From Desulfuromonadales bacterium (GTDB taxonomy: Bacteria; Desulfobacterota; Desulfuromonadia; Desulfuromonadales; JAHYIW01): 64,000 nt of DNA. Location of the stretch: NCBI GenBank assembly GCA_029210745.1, contig JARGFI010000006.1, forward strand, positions 6,509-70,508, written 5' to 3'. Made by a program: the position numbers and the translations under genes. Under the pieces are notes generated by a model. The model was not told the origin of the DNA, ran no database searches, and worked only from the letters and a program-made list of their open reading frames with translations. Every line of letters begins with the position of its first letter. The first letter of the stretch is position 1. Shown here one piece after another: positions 49,230 to 58,523 of this stretch.

Positions 49230-49393
49230 GATGGTTGTCCTTGTCCGTTACCGATATGACGATCTTGTGCCCGCCTGACAGGGGATGTAGTCCACATGGA
49301 GTGGGGGCAGATGGATAATTCTCAAAAGATGTTTCTTTCTTCAGCGCCGACTTTGCGTTACTATGCATAACTTAAAATTTTCAAGGAGAATAC

Positions 49394-50263
49394 ATGAAAG
49401 ACATCGGCTTTATCACTCCGCGCACCCGTTTTTGCGTGCTTATCGGCAACCCGGTTGGGCACAGCCTCTCTCCCGCGATTCATAATGCCGCATTTGCGGC
49501 GACCGGACAAGATTTTGTTTACCTCGCGTGTCCGGTTGAGGATGTCGCCAATGCTTTGGCGGGGATGCGCGCCTTGGGGAATTTTCGCGGCATGAGTATC
49601 ACCATCCCGCACAAAATAGAAGCGATGAAATATGTCGATGAGATCGCCGCGGTCGATCGCGCGATCGGTTCGATCAATACCGTGATTTGTGAAGAGGGCA
49701 AGTTGATCGGTTCCGGGACCGACGGTCCGGGGGCGCTGAAGGCGCTGGTCGACGCGGGCGTGGATCTTGCCGCGAAAAAGGTACTGATCCTCGGTTGCGG
49801 GGGAGCGGCCCGGGCGATCGCTTTTACGCTGGCGCAACGCTGCACACTGGCAGAGATGATCATGCTCGACATCAATCAGACGCTGCTGGAGGATTTGACC
49901 GCTGATCTGCGGGCCGGAACCGCCTGCCCAATCAGCCACGCAGCGTTGAATGCCGAAACAATTGCGGCGGCGATGGCGCGGGCCGAGGTCATTATCCAGT
50001 GCACCCCGATCGGGATGCACCCGAAGGTCGATGTGTCCCTGGTCCCGGCGGAACTCTTCCGGCCCGGTCAGGTGGCCTTTGATGTCGTCTACAACCCTCT
50101 GGAAACAAGGTTTCTGCGCGAAGCCAAAGCTGCGGGGGTGCAGACGATCTCCGGCGTCGAGATGTTTATCAATCAGGCGGTGCTACAGTTTGAACTGTTC
50201 ACCGGTGTTGACGCTCCCTGCGCGGTGATGCGCCAGGTCGTCATGGAGCAGTTATGCGCATGA
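49394..50263 (+). CDS. aroE: Shikimate dehydrogenase
   Basis: GNPVGHSLSPAIHNAAF, G.SITIPHK, NTV, and Rossmann GCGGAARAI. Confidence 0.9.
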   Translation: MKDIGFITPRTRFCVLIGNPVGHSLSPAIHNAAFAATGQDFVYLACPVEDVANALAGMRALGNFRGMSITIPHKIEAMKYVDEIAAVDRAIGSINTVICEEGKLIGSGTDGPGALKALVDAGVDLAAKKVLILGCGGAARAIAFTLAQRCTLAEMIMLDINQTLLEDLTADLRAGTACPISHAALNAETIAAAMARAEVIIQCTPIGMHPKVDVSLVPAELFRPGQVAFDVVYNPLETRFLREAKAAGVQTISGVEMFINQAVLQFELFTGVDAPCAVMRQVVMEQLCA

Positions 50264-50775
50264 ATATTGTTCTCATCGGTTATCGCGGCACCGGCAAAAG
50301 TCATGTCGGATCGATCCTTTCCAAACACTTCAAGCGGCAACTGGTCAGCCTTGATGCCGAGATTGTCAAAGCGGCAGGTAAATCGATTCCCGCGTTTGTG
50401 GCGCAAATGGGCTGGTCTGCCTTTCGCGATCTGGAGACGACGCAGGTACGCAAACTGGCGGGGTGTGATGAGCTGGTGATTGACTGTGGCGGCGGCGTGA
50501 TCGAGCGGCCGGAAAATATCGAGATTCTGCGCGCCAACGGAGTGGTGTTCTGGTTGTCCGCCCATGTCGCGACGATCGTGGCACGGATTCAGGATGACAA
50601 TCAACGTCCGGCGCTGGTTGAGGGGAAAACCTTTACCGAAGAAATCGCCGAGGTGCTGGCCGCGCGGACCCCCCGCTATCGCGCTGCCGCGCATCACGAA
50701 ATTGCGACCGACACGCTGAATCCGGAAGCTGTTGCCGCGCGGATCGCCGCCATAGTGGAGGATCAGTCTCGGTGA
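50254..50775 (+). CDS. aroK: Shikimate kinase
   Basis: Walker A IGYRGTGKS, then DCGGGV. It overlaps the aroE end, with an alternative ATG at 50260. Confidence 0.9.
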   Translation: MRMNIVLIGYRGTGKSHVGSILSKHFKRQLVSLDAEIVKAAGKSIPAFVAQMGWSAFRDLETTQVRKLAGCDELVIDCGGGVIERPENIEILRANGVVFWLSAHVATIVARIQDDNQRPALVEGKTFTEEIAEVLAARTPRYRAAAHHEIATDTLNPEAVAARIAAIVEDQSR

Positions 50776-50869
50776 TATCAACGAGGTGCCTGCGGCGTCG
50801 GTGACCTTTGTCAGGCTTGAAAATGGCAAATTATGAACTGATGATTTCGCAACACGCATGCCGTTCGGT

Positions 50870-51160
50870 TCAGTAAATGCTTTTGATATCTCGGTAAAAA
50901 TTTTCATGAGAACCAAGAGCCATTAACTCAAGGGTGACTTTTCCGTCTTGGTAACTGTAACCGAGAAGGGTGGACTGTTTATTCATTTTAAATTTGTGAA
51001 CTCGCAGAAATGACAAATCCCCTTTTTTCTGCTCACCCAAAAGAGGGTCTTCAATAAGCCCCTTGACAGCCTTGTCCAGATCCTTCTTTTGGTTCTGGTG
51101 GAGCTTCTTGACCGCTTTTTTGAAGGTTGGTGTTTGAAGGACCTGGGTAATTTTAGCCAA
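50870..51160 (-). CDS. Type II toxin, RelE/ParE superfamily
   Basis: About 96 aa from a TTG that overlaps the antitoxin stop by 8 nt. The track ORF extends to 51229, inside the antitoxin gene. It has a basic N-terminus and a beta-rich C-terminus (GDLSFLRVHKFKMNKQSTLLGYSYQDGKVTLELMALGSHENFY). Confidence 0.7.
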   Translation of the reverse strand: MAKITQVLQTPTFKKAVKKLHQNQKKDLDKAVKGLIEDPLLGEQKKGDLSFLRVHKFKMNKQSTLLGYSYQDGKVTLELMALGSHENFYRDIKSIY

Positions 51161-51374
51161 AGTTGTATTCCTCGAGCTTACCGGCTTCTTTTTCGGCTTT
51201 TGCAATGATGGCCTGTCTGACGAACTCATATGGCAGGTCTGGGTTATCTTCCATCATTTTACCGATTTTAGCCCAGTGCTCAATTTGCTTTGGCGTTGTA
51301 CGGTTTAACGCTTTTGCCATAATAGTGGCTTTCTCAATTAAATCTTGGTCAAGCCTTACACTGGCTGTAGACAT
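51153..51374 (-). CDS. ParD-like antitoxin
   Basis: 73 aa from the ATG preceded by AGGAGG. The translation is MSTASVRLDQDLIEKATIMAKALNRTTPKQIEHWAKIGK, a ParD-like ribbon-helix-helix-type N-terminus. Confidence 0.72.
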   Translation of the reverse strand: MSTASVRLDQDLIEKATIMAKALNRTTPKQIEHWAKIGKMMEDNPDLPYEFVRQAIIAKAEKEAGKLEEYNFG

Positions 51375-51837
51375 ATGAACCTCCTTTTTGCGATTAACTT
51401 GCAGCAATTGTAGCGCATTGCATCAATCGTCGCAAGTCGATCTTTGAAGTAAGGGTATTGATTTTTTGAGACGGAGTGGAATGTTGCTCTGAGAGGGGAG
51501 AGACGTAGGCTGGCGTCTGTTGATGTCGGCTGTCGGGACGAAACCCGCCGGTTTATATCTCAATCTTCAATGAAATCTTAAAAGCAACTTCGCGGGTCGC
51601 GTCCCGCTGACGCCTCACTCTTTTGCTGGCCCAAAAGAGTAAGCAGAAAAAGTATGCGCAGGTGAGATTAATTCGGATCAGCAAAGCGTGATTGTTCTGA
51701 TAATCTGTGTTAAACTCCTTTAGTTAAAAGGCTCGGTGCGGGCTATTGAAGGGGCCGATCCCCCCCCGAAGTTATTATGGACAGGGATGGTGTTTTTTCG
51801 CCGCGATAGCGGTTTATTTCTACGACAGGAGGAAGTG

Positions 51838-52413
51838 ATGGCACGTATCAAGGGGACCCTGACTGAACAGAACCTGCTCAAGGCGTTTGCCGGAGAGTCG
51901 CAGGCGCGCAATCGTTATACCTATTTTGCTTCGGTGGCTAAAAAAGAAGGATACGAGCAGATTTCGGCGCTGTTTCTTGAAACTGCGGATAACGAAAAGG
52001 AGCATGCGAAGCGTTTTTTCAAGTTTCTTGAGGGAGGGGATGCCGAGATCACGGCGACCTATCCGGCGGGGAAAATCGCGACGACGATTGAGAACCTGAA
52101 AGCCGCCGCAGCTGGCGAGAGAGAGGAACATTCTCAGCTTTACCCGGAATTTGCGCGGGTTGCCGCCGCAGAAGGTTTCCACGATGTTGCTGCCGCGTTT
52201 GAACATATTGCCGCCGTTGAGGTCGAGCACGAAGAACGTTATCTGCATCTGGTCAGGAATATTGAGACCGGGCAGGTTTTTTGTAAAGGGGGGACGGAGC
52301 GCTGGAAATGCCGTAACTGCGGCTATGTCCATGAAGGGGTGAGCGCTCCGGATCAGTGCCCGGCCTGTTTGCACGGTCAGAGTTACTTCGAGATCAAGGA
52401 AGTGAACTATTGA
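51838..52413 (+). CDS. rbr: Rubrerythrin
   Basis: Diiron four-helix ExxH motifs (NEKEHAKRF, VEVEHEERY) and a C-terminal rubredoxin-like CRNCGY...CPAC. AGGAGG SD before the ATG at 51838. Confidence 0.95.
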   Translation: MARIKGTLTEQNLLKAFAGESQARNRYTYFASVAKKEGYEQISALFLETADNEKEHAKRFFKFLEGGDAEITATYPAGKIATTIENLKAAAAGEREEHSQLYPEFARVAAAEGFHDVAAAFEHIAAVEVEHEERYLHLVRNIETGQVFCKGGTERWKCRNCGYVHEGVSAPDQCPACLHGQSYFEIKEVNY

Positions 52414-52461
52414 TTTTCAGAGCTGAATAAAACGGACGAAGAGGGGGTAAGGAGTTTACTC

Positions 52462-53442
52462 ATGGATACCCCGCCGGTTTTTAATCGTCGAAGGTCGTCT
52501 CTGCCCGGTCTTTTTTTCAGTGCCTTCTGCTTGCTCTGCCTGGTATTCACGTTGTCCGGCTGCAAAAATGAACCACAACCGGTGGTCGTTGATTTGAGCA
52601 AACGGGCCACTGTTTCGACGCAACCGGGACAGTTCAACATCCGCGCCGAGACCATCAATCTCGGCATCGGTTCGATGATCACTCCCCGTGAAGGGTACAC
52701 CTATTACCGCCGGTTGGCCGATTATCTGGAGAAGAAGTTGGGGCAGCCAGTCCAAATCATCGACCGCGGGACTTATCAGGAGTTCAACGACCTGCTCGCC
52801 AGTGGGGGGCTTGATCTGGCCTTTGTCTGCGGGGGGCCTTACGTGCTGGGCCATGAGAAGTTCAATCTGCAATTACTGGTCGTGCCGGAAACTCCCGGTG
52901 GCGAAACGGTTTACTTCTCATATTTGATTGTGCCGCAGGGAAGTTCCGCAACATCGCTTAATGACCTGCGGGGCAGAAAATTCGCTTTTACCGATCCGCA
53001 ATCACATACCGGCAGCATGGTGCCAACCTACATGTTGGCCGAGCGTGGTGAAACCCCTGAAAAGTTTTTCAGCGAGGTTGTCTATACCTATGCGCATGAC
53101 AAGTCGATTCAGGCGGTTGCCAGCGGGGTGGTTGACGGGGCTGCGGTGGACAGCCTGATCTACGATTATCTGGCCGTGGCCAACCCTGAACTGGTGGCTA
53201 AGGTCAGGATTGTTTCCAGATCGGAACCGTACGGGATTCCACCGGTGGTGGTGCGACCGGATCTTGCGGAGACGGTGCAGACGCGGTTGCGAAATGTGCT
53301 GCTGACCATGCACCGTGACCCGGAAGGGCAGAACATTCTTGCCGGGATGATGATCAAACGTTTTGTGCTGTCGAACGATGCTGCCTACGCCGGTATCCGG
53401 CGGATCGAACGGGGTGCCCGGCCACGCACCGTGGAACAGTGA
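52462..53442 (+). CDS. PhnD-like periplasmic solute-binding protein (phosphonate-ABC-type fold)
   Basis: N-terminal hydrophobic signal with Cys (LSGC, lipobox-like) and PhnD-type strings (FAFTDPQSHTGSMVP, IPPVVVRPDL). It is immediately followed by a sensor kinase. Confidence 0.78.
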   Translation: MDTPPVFNRRRSSLPGLFFSAFCLLCLVFTLSGCKNEPQPVVVDLSKRATVSTQPGQFNIRAETINLGIGSMITPREGYTYYRRLADYLEKKLGQPVQIIDRGTYQEFNDLLASGGLDLAFVCGGPYVLGHEKFNLQLLVVPETPGGETVYFSYLIVPQGSSATSLNDLRGRKFAFTDPQSHTGSMVPTYMLAERGETPEKFFSEVVYTYAHDKSIQAVASGVVDGAAVDSLIYDYLAVANPELVAKVRIVSRSEPYGIPPVVVRPDLAETVQTRLRNVLLTMHRDPEGQNILAGMMIKRFVLSNDAAYAGIRRIERGARPRTVEQ

Positions 53443-53445
53443 TTT

Positions 53446-55227
53446 ATGTCCAGATATTTATCATTGCGCGCGAAGCTGGTGGTATTGACCTTCGCGCTGC
53501 TGACCGGTTTCAGTATTGTCGTCGGTGTTTATCTCAAGGCACATTTTGCTGATCAGCTGTTACAGGAGCTGCTCAAACGCGGCGTTTCGATTGCGCAGCT
53601 GCTCAGCACGCTCAGTGCCAACGCTTTTATTGAAGGCGACACCCTCTATCTGGATTATCTGGCAAAGGATCAGCGGCAGGACGAAGAAGATATTGACTAT
53701 ATCCTCATGCTGGGGCCGCACGGCGAAGTTCTGGCCCATTCCTTTGCCGACACTTACCCCGTTGATCTGCCGATAGTCAATCCGTTGCCGGAGGGACAGA
53801 CCCAGAGTCTGGCGCGGGTCGATCTTGGCGGAGCGGAGCTGATTTACGATATTGCGGTCCCGGTGCTTGACGGGAGGCCCGGCACTATTCATCTGGGGCT
53901 CTCCGCCGCCACGCTGAACGATGCGGTCAACAGTCTGGTGGTGAAGATTTTGGCGGCAATCGCCCTCACCGGGGTGTTCGCCATGGGGGTTGCTCTGGTT
54001 GCCAGTCGGCAGATAGCGCGACCGATTACGCGTCTGACCGAGGCGGTCAAGGCGCTGGCTGGTGGCGCGCGCAGCTTGTCATTGCCGGTGGTGGTGCAGG
54101 ATGAGGTCGGTCAGCTGATCACCGCGTTCAACATGATGGTTGAGGAGCTGGAGCGGGCTGAACAGCGGCTTGTGCATCAAAAACAATTTCTGGAGACGTT
54201 GCTCGACGACATCCCCGTGCCGGTATTCTATAAAGATCAGCAAGGAAGGATGCTGGGGTGCAATCGCGCTTATTGTGATTTCTGGGGGCATGACAAGGGA
54301 TATGTGATTGATCGTGAGGCGGTGGATCTCTACACCGTGGCGGAGGCAAAAGTTCATCTGCTCAAAGATGCCGAGGTCCTGCGTGGACAAGAGCCGGTGC
54401 GCTATGAACTGGAGGTCAAGGGGGCTGACAACCAATGTCGGAAGGTCGTTTTTCACAAGGCCCCTTTTGTTGATCAGGACAATTTTCTGGCCGGGATTGT
54501 CGGGGTGATGCTCGATATCACCAAAGAACGGCGGGCGGAAGAGTTTCAACGTGAATTCGTATCGACCGTTGCTCACGAGTTTCAGACGCCGCTGGCGACG
54601 ATCATCGGTTTCGCCGAGCTGTTGCTGCAAGATTCACTCGATGAGAAAACGACGCGGGAATCTTGCCAGGCGATTCTCGGCAAGGCGGAAGGGCTCTCCG
54701 GCATGGTCGATGAGCTGCTCGATTTAACCTGCATCGAAACCGGCAGAACGATCAGAGTCAAGACGCAAAAGATTGATCTGCAACCGGTTCTGGTCGAGGC
54801 GGTGGAGAGTTTTCGCGCCGGATGCCCGGATCACGAACTGACCGTGAATATCCCCGGCGGGCCATTGAGGGTTGCTGTCGATCGCGACCGGCTGATTCAG
54901 GTTGTGGATAATCTGCTTGACAATGCCGTCAAGTATTCGCCGCCGGGAACACCGGTTGCGTTCGACGTTGTGACCGAGGAACAAAGGGTGTGTATTGTCG
55001 TCGCGGATCATGGCATCGGCATGACTGAAGAGCAAGGCAAGCATCTGTTTGAAAAGTACTACCGTGCCAATACCGCCAATACTGCTCCGTCCGGAACCGG
55101 GTTGGGATTGTACATCTGCAAGGCAATCATCGATGCCCATGGCGGAGATATTCGCGTCGAAAGTTCTGTCGATCACGGGACCACGGTCACGGTTTGTTTG
55201 CCTAGGAGCCTGTCCAAGAATGAATGA
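53446..55227 (+). CDS. Membrane sensor histidine kinase (2 TM, periplasmic domain, HAMP, PAS, HisKA, HATPase)
   Basis: H-box FVSTVAHEFQTPL, N box LDNAVKYS, and G boxes DHGIGM and GTGLGLYICK. Confidence 0.9.
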   Translation: MSRYLSLRAKLVVLTFALLTGFSIVVGVYLKAHFADQLLQELLKRGVSIAQLLSTLSANAFIEGDTLYLDYLAKDQRQDEEDIDYILMLGPHGEVLAHSFADTYPVDLPIVNPLPEGQTQSLARVDLGGAELIYDIAVPVLDGRPGTIHLGLSAATLNDAVNSLVVKILAAIALTGVFAMGVALVASRQIARPITRLTEAVKALAGGARSLSLPVVVQDEVGQLITAFNMMVEELERAEQRLVHQKQFLETLLDDIPVPVFYKDQQGRMLGCNRAYCDFWGHDKGYVIDREAVDLYTVAEAKVHLLKDAEVLRGQEPVRYELEVKGADNQCRKVVFHKAPFVDQDNFLAGIVGVMLDITKERRAEEFQREFVSTVAHEFQTPLATIIGFAELLLQDSLDEKTTRESCQAILGKAEGLSGMVDELLDLTCIETGRTIRVKTQKIDLQPVLVEAVESFRAGCPDHELTVNIPGGPLRVAVDRDRLIQVVDNLLDNAVKYSPPGTPVAFDVVTEEQRVCIVVADHGIGMTEEQGKHLFEKYYRANTANTAPSGTGLGLYICKAIIDAHGGDIRVESSVDHGTTVTVCLPRSLSKNE

Positions 55228-55431
55228 CCGGCTGCAAACCCAGCTGTTTGGCTCATATTTCAGCTCCTTTTTGCCCCATAGCTACGGCTATGAGGCTGCA
55301 AATGAGCTAAAATCTGCCCTCAAACTTCTGGATTTTCGCTGCGGCCCTTATTCTCGGACAGGCTCCTCGGACACGACCGGAGACGCAATGACCGACATTT
55401 TCCGGTTTATCGCATACCGGCGGGTGCTGCT

Positions 55432-56124
55432 GTGAAGCTGCCGCAACCGCTGATTGCAGGGCGTTTAATGCGTCGTTATAAACGCTTTTTTGCCGATGTT
55501 GAGCTGGCTGACGGGCGCATCGTGACCGCGCACACGCCAAATACCGGTGCGATGACGCAATGCGCGATCCCCGGCCACGAGGTACTGCTCAGCGCAAACA
55601 ACAACCCGCGGCGCAAGCTGAAGTTCACCCTGGAACTGATCCGCGTCAACGGCTCCTGGGTTGATACCAATACCCAGCGGAGTAATCGCGTGGTCGAGGA
55701 GGCGCTGCGCGCCGACCAGATCCCCGAACTGACCGGCTATGAGGTGACTCCTGAGTATCCCTTCGGCGACAGTCGTCTCGATTTTCTCCTCAGCGGGGAG
55801 CAGGGCAAGGCGCTGGTCGAGGTCAAAAACGTGACGTTATGTTGCCACGAGACGATCGCGTGTTTTCCCGATGCGGTGACTGTGCGCGGACAGAAACATT
55901 TACGTGAACTGACGACGGCAGTGACCTGCGGCTATCGGGCGATCATCTTTTTTCTGGTTCAACGTGCTGAAGCGACGGCCTTTTCACCGGCGGATTCGAT
56001 CGACCCGGAGTATGGGTGCCGGTTACGCCAGGCGGTGGCTGGTGGGGTCGAGGTGCTGGCTTATCGCACGCTGGTGAGTGTGACGGAATGTCGCCTTGAG
56101 CGGCGCATACCGGTACAGCTGTGA
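55432..56124 (+). CDS. sfsA: Sugar fermentation stimulation protein A (SfsA nuclease-fold family)
   Basis: RYKRFFADVEL.DG....AH.PNTG, SRLDFLL and VEVKNVTL strings. GTG start. Confidence 0.9.
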   Translation: MKLPQPLIAGRLMRRYKRFFADVELADGRIVTAHTPNTGAMTQCAIPGHEVLLSANNNPRRKLKFTLELIRVNGSWVDTNTQRSNRVVEEALRADQIPELTGYEVTPEYPFGDSRLDFLLSGEQGKALVEVKNVTLCCHETIACFPDAVTVRGQKHLRELTTAVTCGYRAIIFFLVQRAEATAFSPADSIDPEYGCRLRQAVAGGVEVLAYRTLVSVTECRLERRIPVQL

Positions 56125-56134
56125 GGGGCAGGTA

Positions 56135-57553
56135 CTAGCCTTCATTCTCTGGAGTGTGTTGCGGCAAGCGAGGCGCTTTGTCGATCATTTCCGGGGCTTC
56201 GATCGGTTTGCCCGATGCGGCACCGAGTTCCTGGAATTTGCGCGCCGTGACCAGCACGCGGCTTTCGAGTGATGCAACAGTTTTGTTGTAGGCATCGACT
56301 GCCCGGTCGAGACCGCGCCCGAGCCCGCCGAAATGCCCGGCAACCACGACGATCCGCTCGTAGAGTTCTTTCCCCAGGTCACTGATCACCTGCGCATTCT
56401 CCGCCAACTGTTCCTGCCGCCAACCGTAGGCGACCGCGCGGAGGAGTGCAATCAGGGTGGTCGGGGTCGCCAGCAGCACTTTGCGCTCTACGCCAAACTC
56501 GATCAATCCCGGATCCTGTTCGAGTGCGGCAGAGAAAAAGGTTTCCCCCGGCAAGAACAGGACGACGAACTCGGGGGTCGGTGTGAATTGATCCCAATAG
56601 TTTTTTTGTGACAATTTGTGCAGGTGGTCGCGGATCTGTCGGGCGTGATCGCGCAGTAAACCAAGCTTTTTGGCCTCTTCGTTACATTCCAGCGCCGCGA
56701 GATAAGCCATCAGTGGGGCCTTCGAATCGATGACGATATTTTTGCCGTTTGGCAGCTTGACGATCATGTCGGGGCGCAGGCGGCTTTCGCCGGTGGCGGT
56801 TGCCTGCTCGACAAAATCGCAGAAATTGACCATCCCCGCCATCTCCACCACCCGCCGCAGTTGGATTTCGCCCCAGCGGCCGCGCACATTCGGTGCCCGC
56901 AATGCCTTGACCAGGTTGGCGGTTTCTCCTTCCAGCTTTGCCTGTGTGGTCAGCAATGATTTGATCTGCTCATCAAGGCGGGTGTAAGCCTGGGTGCGCA
57001 CCTGCTCCAGTTGCTGGATTTTGCCGTCGACTTTGATCAATGATTCCTGCAACGGTTTCACCAGTTGGTCAATCGATTGGCGGCGTGAATCGAGATCCAC
57101 GCGGGCGCTGTCCTGAAACTTTTCGAGGGTCGATTGCGCCAGTTGCAAAAACGATTGATTGTTGCTCTTGAGGGCTTCGGCGGAAAGGGCCTTGAAAGCG
57201 TTTTGCAAAGAACTTTCGGCATTTTCAAGCAGGCGCAGTTTTTCCCCCGACAGTTTACGTTCTTCCTCAAGACGCGTCGTCAGTTCGGCAATCATCGCCT
57301 GACGGTCTGCGTTTTCCTGGCGCAACCCGGCCTCTTGCTGTGCGTACTGTGCCAGATGTTCATTAAGTCGCTGGTGTTCTGTTGTCGCGCCGTTCAGGCG
57401 CTCACGCAGGGTTGCCAGTTCGATACCGAGCCCCCGGCGCTCGTCTTCGCGTGCTGCGGTTATTCTGCTCTTCAGCAATAACCAGACCAGTCCGCCGCCG
57501 AGCAGCAGCCCGCCGCCGAAGGACACCACCGTGGTGAACAGTTCGCTATTCAT
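56135..57553 (-). CDS. rmuC: DNA recombination protein RmuC
   Basis: An N-terminal TM helix, a long coiled coil, and a RmuC nuclease-like C-terminus (WGE..L..V.E..GM....DF ... VIDSKAPL ... VLFLPGE). Start at the ATG at 57553. Confidence 0.9.
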   Translation of the reverse strand: MNSELFTTVVSFGGGLLLGGGLVWLLLKSRITAAREDERRGLGIELATLRERLNGATTEHQRLNEHLAQYAQQEAGLRQENADRQAMIAELTTRLEEERKLSGEKLRLLENAESSLQNAFKALSAEALKSNNQSFLQLAQSTLEKFQDSARVDLDSRRQSIDQLVKPLQESLIKVDGKIQQLEQVRTQAYTRLDEQIKSLLTTQAKLEGETANLVKALRAPNVRGRWGEIQLRRVVEMAGMVNFCDFVEQATATGESRLRPDMIVKLPNGKNIVIDSKAPLMAYLAALECNEEAKKLGLLRDHARQIRDHLHKLSQKNYWDQFTPTPEFVVLFLPGETFFSAALEQDPGLIEFGVERKVLLATPTTLIALLRAVAYGWRQEQLAENAQVISDLGKELYERIVVVAGHFGGLGRGLDRAVDAYNKTVASLESRVLVTARKFQELGAASGKPIEAPEMIDKAPRLPQHTPENEG

Positions 57554-57667
57554 CAATCCTCCCGCGTGAATTTGACGCACAGCATAGCAATCCTTGTCGC
57601 CCGATTGCAAATAAAAGAGCCATCACTTCGCGCGTCACGTCCAGCCTGAAGTTCGCCGCAAAATCCC

Positions 57668-57698
57668 AAAAAAAAGCCGCGAAGAAAAGCTTCACGGC
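57668..57698 (-). terminator. Intrinsic terminator downstream of the CheY-like gene
   Basis: The minus strand reads GCCGTGAAG-CTTTT-CTTCGCGGC (9-bp stem with one G-U) followed by TTTTTTTT. Confidence 0.65.
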
Positions 57699-57728
57699 GG
57701 GGGAGTGTTTTATGGTGGAAAAGGAAAT

Positions 57729-58100
57729 TCAGCAACCGAAGATCAATTTAAGCATCGCCTTAAGCTGGTTTTCCCGGAACGGTTTGCTGAGGTTGGTGGC
57801 TGCGCCGGCGGCTTTTGCCTCAGCCAGTTTGTCCGTGTCGTTTTCAGAAGTCAGCACCACCATGGGGACGAACTTTGTCAGCGGCAAATTTTTAGCCTTT
57901 TTTAAAAATTCGATACCGTCCATAACCGGCATCGACAGATCGGTAATGATCATGTCGAATTGAACATACTCGGCCAATTTAAATCCTTCTTGTCCGTTGG
58001 TGGCTTCAACGACGTTGTAGCCTTCATCCTTGAGCATGTCGCCAAGGATGGCACGCACGGAAGGGGAATCATCAACGATCAGAATGGTTTTTTATTTCAT
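57729..58100 (-). pseudogene. Single-domain CheY-like response regulator interrupted by an in-frame TAA at codon 3
   Basis: The minus strand reads AGGTGAGC-ATG AAA TAA AAA ACC ATT CTG ATC GTT GAT GAT TCC ..., i.e. MK*KTILIVDDSPSVRAILGDML... Apart from the stop, the receiver is complete (DD, phospho-Asp in MIITDLSMP, T in VLTSE, K in SKPF). The track ORF (57729..58058) starts at a GTG that would delete the acidic pocket. Confidence 0.7.
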
Positions 58101-58218
58101 GCTCACCTGTACGCATTGTTATATGTCAGATAAAAGAGTGTCTGTTTGTTCAAAAATGACACTATAGCACGTATAGTATGAATGCGAAAAGAAGATATAG
58201 ATTAAAATCTGATGAGGC

Positions 58219-58395
58219 TTAGCCCAGAGGAAGTTGCTGCAAGCTGTGAGAGAAGTTGTGCAGCGCCTCCTCAGATAAAACAAGGGGTGTTTTACAATGG
58301 CTGCAATAGCGGATTCTGCCCGGTGATATCGTTCTTAAATCAACCGCCATCCGGCGGCTGCATTGCGGACATGTGTAGTCGATGGCCAGTTCCAT
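58219..58395 (-). CDS. 58-aa zinc-ribbon protein (below the track cut-off)
   Basis: The minus strand reads ACAGGAGAAGTGTA-ATG. The translation is MELAIDYTCPQCSRRMAVDLRTISPGRIRYCSHCKTPLVLSEEALHNFSHSLQQLPLG*, with CxxC...CxxC and a strong AGGAG SD at 7 nt. It lies directly upstream of the CheY-like gene on the same strand. Confidence 0.55.
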   Translation of the reverse strand: MELAIDYTCPQCSRRMAVDLRTISPGRIRYCSHCKTPLVLSEEALHNFSHSLQQLPLG

Positions 58396-58486
58396 TACAC
58401 TTCTCCTGTCACTGAAGTTTGCAGCGCCACTGTGACAGAAGAAAAAAGTAAATGCAACAAATATTTGTTTGTGTTAACCAAATTTA

Positions 58487-58523
58487 CACGGGCGACGGAA
58501 CCCGATCGATTCCGTCGCCCGTG
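58487..58523 (-). terminator. Strong hairpin immediately after the hflC stop
   Basis: Perfect 14-bp stem CACGGGCGACGGAA / TTCCGTCGCCCGTG with a 9-nt loop, 3 nt beyond the hflC stop. There is only a weak U-tract. Confidence 0.5.

Noticed and set aside
51689-51705. TGATTGTTCTGATAATC upstream of rubrerythrin as a Fur/PerR box.
   Set aside because: Only the outer GATT/AATC and one GATAAT hexamer fit. The dyad symmetry is poor (about 10 of 16 positions), and it lies ~130 nt from the ATG. The evidence is insufficient without a PWM score.
55220-55435. A 71-codon ORF between the histidine kinase and sfsA (MNDRLQTQLFGSYFSS...), overlapping both neighbours.
   Set aside because: The region is made of REP-like palindromes (CCCCATAGCTACGGCTATGAGG; TCGCTGCGGCCCTTATTCTCGGACAGGCTCCTCGG). 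It has no SD, and its composition is unlike neighbouring genes. It is most likely a non-coding repeat.
58092-58094. The in-frame TAA in the CheY-like gene as programmed recoding (Sec/Pyl or frameshift).
   Set aside because: TAA is not a Sec (TGA) or Pyl (TAG) codon. There is no slippery heptamer or long homopolymer (A3-T-A6 only), and the alternative frames hit stops immediately.
58212-58415. A Cys-rich 67-aa plus-strand ORF (possible RiPP precursor).
   Set aside because: It has no SD and is exactly antisense to a better-supported minus-strand zinc-ribbon ORF (58219..58395) with a strong SD. Its cysteines are the mirror of GCA/ACA codons. No maturase gene is adjacent.
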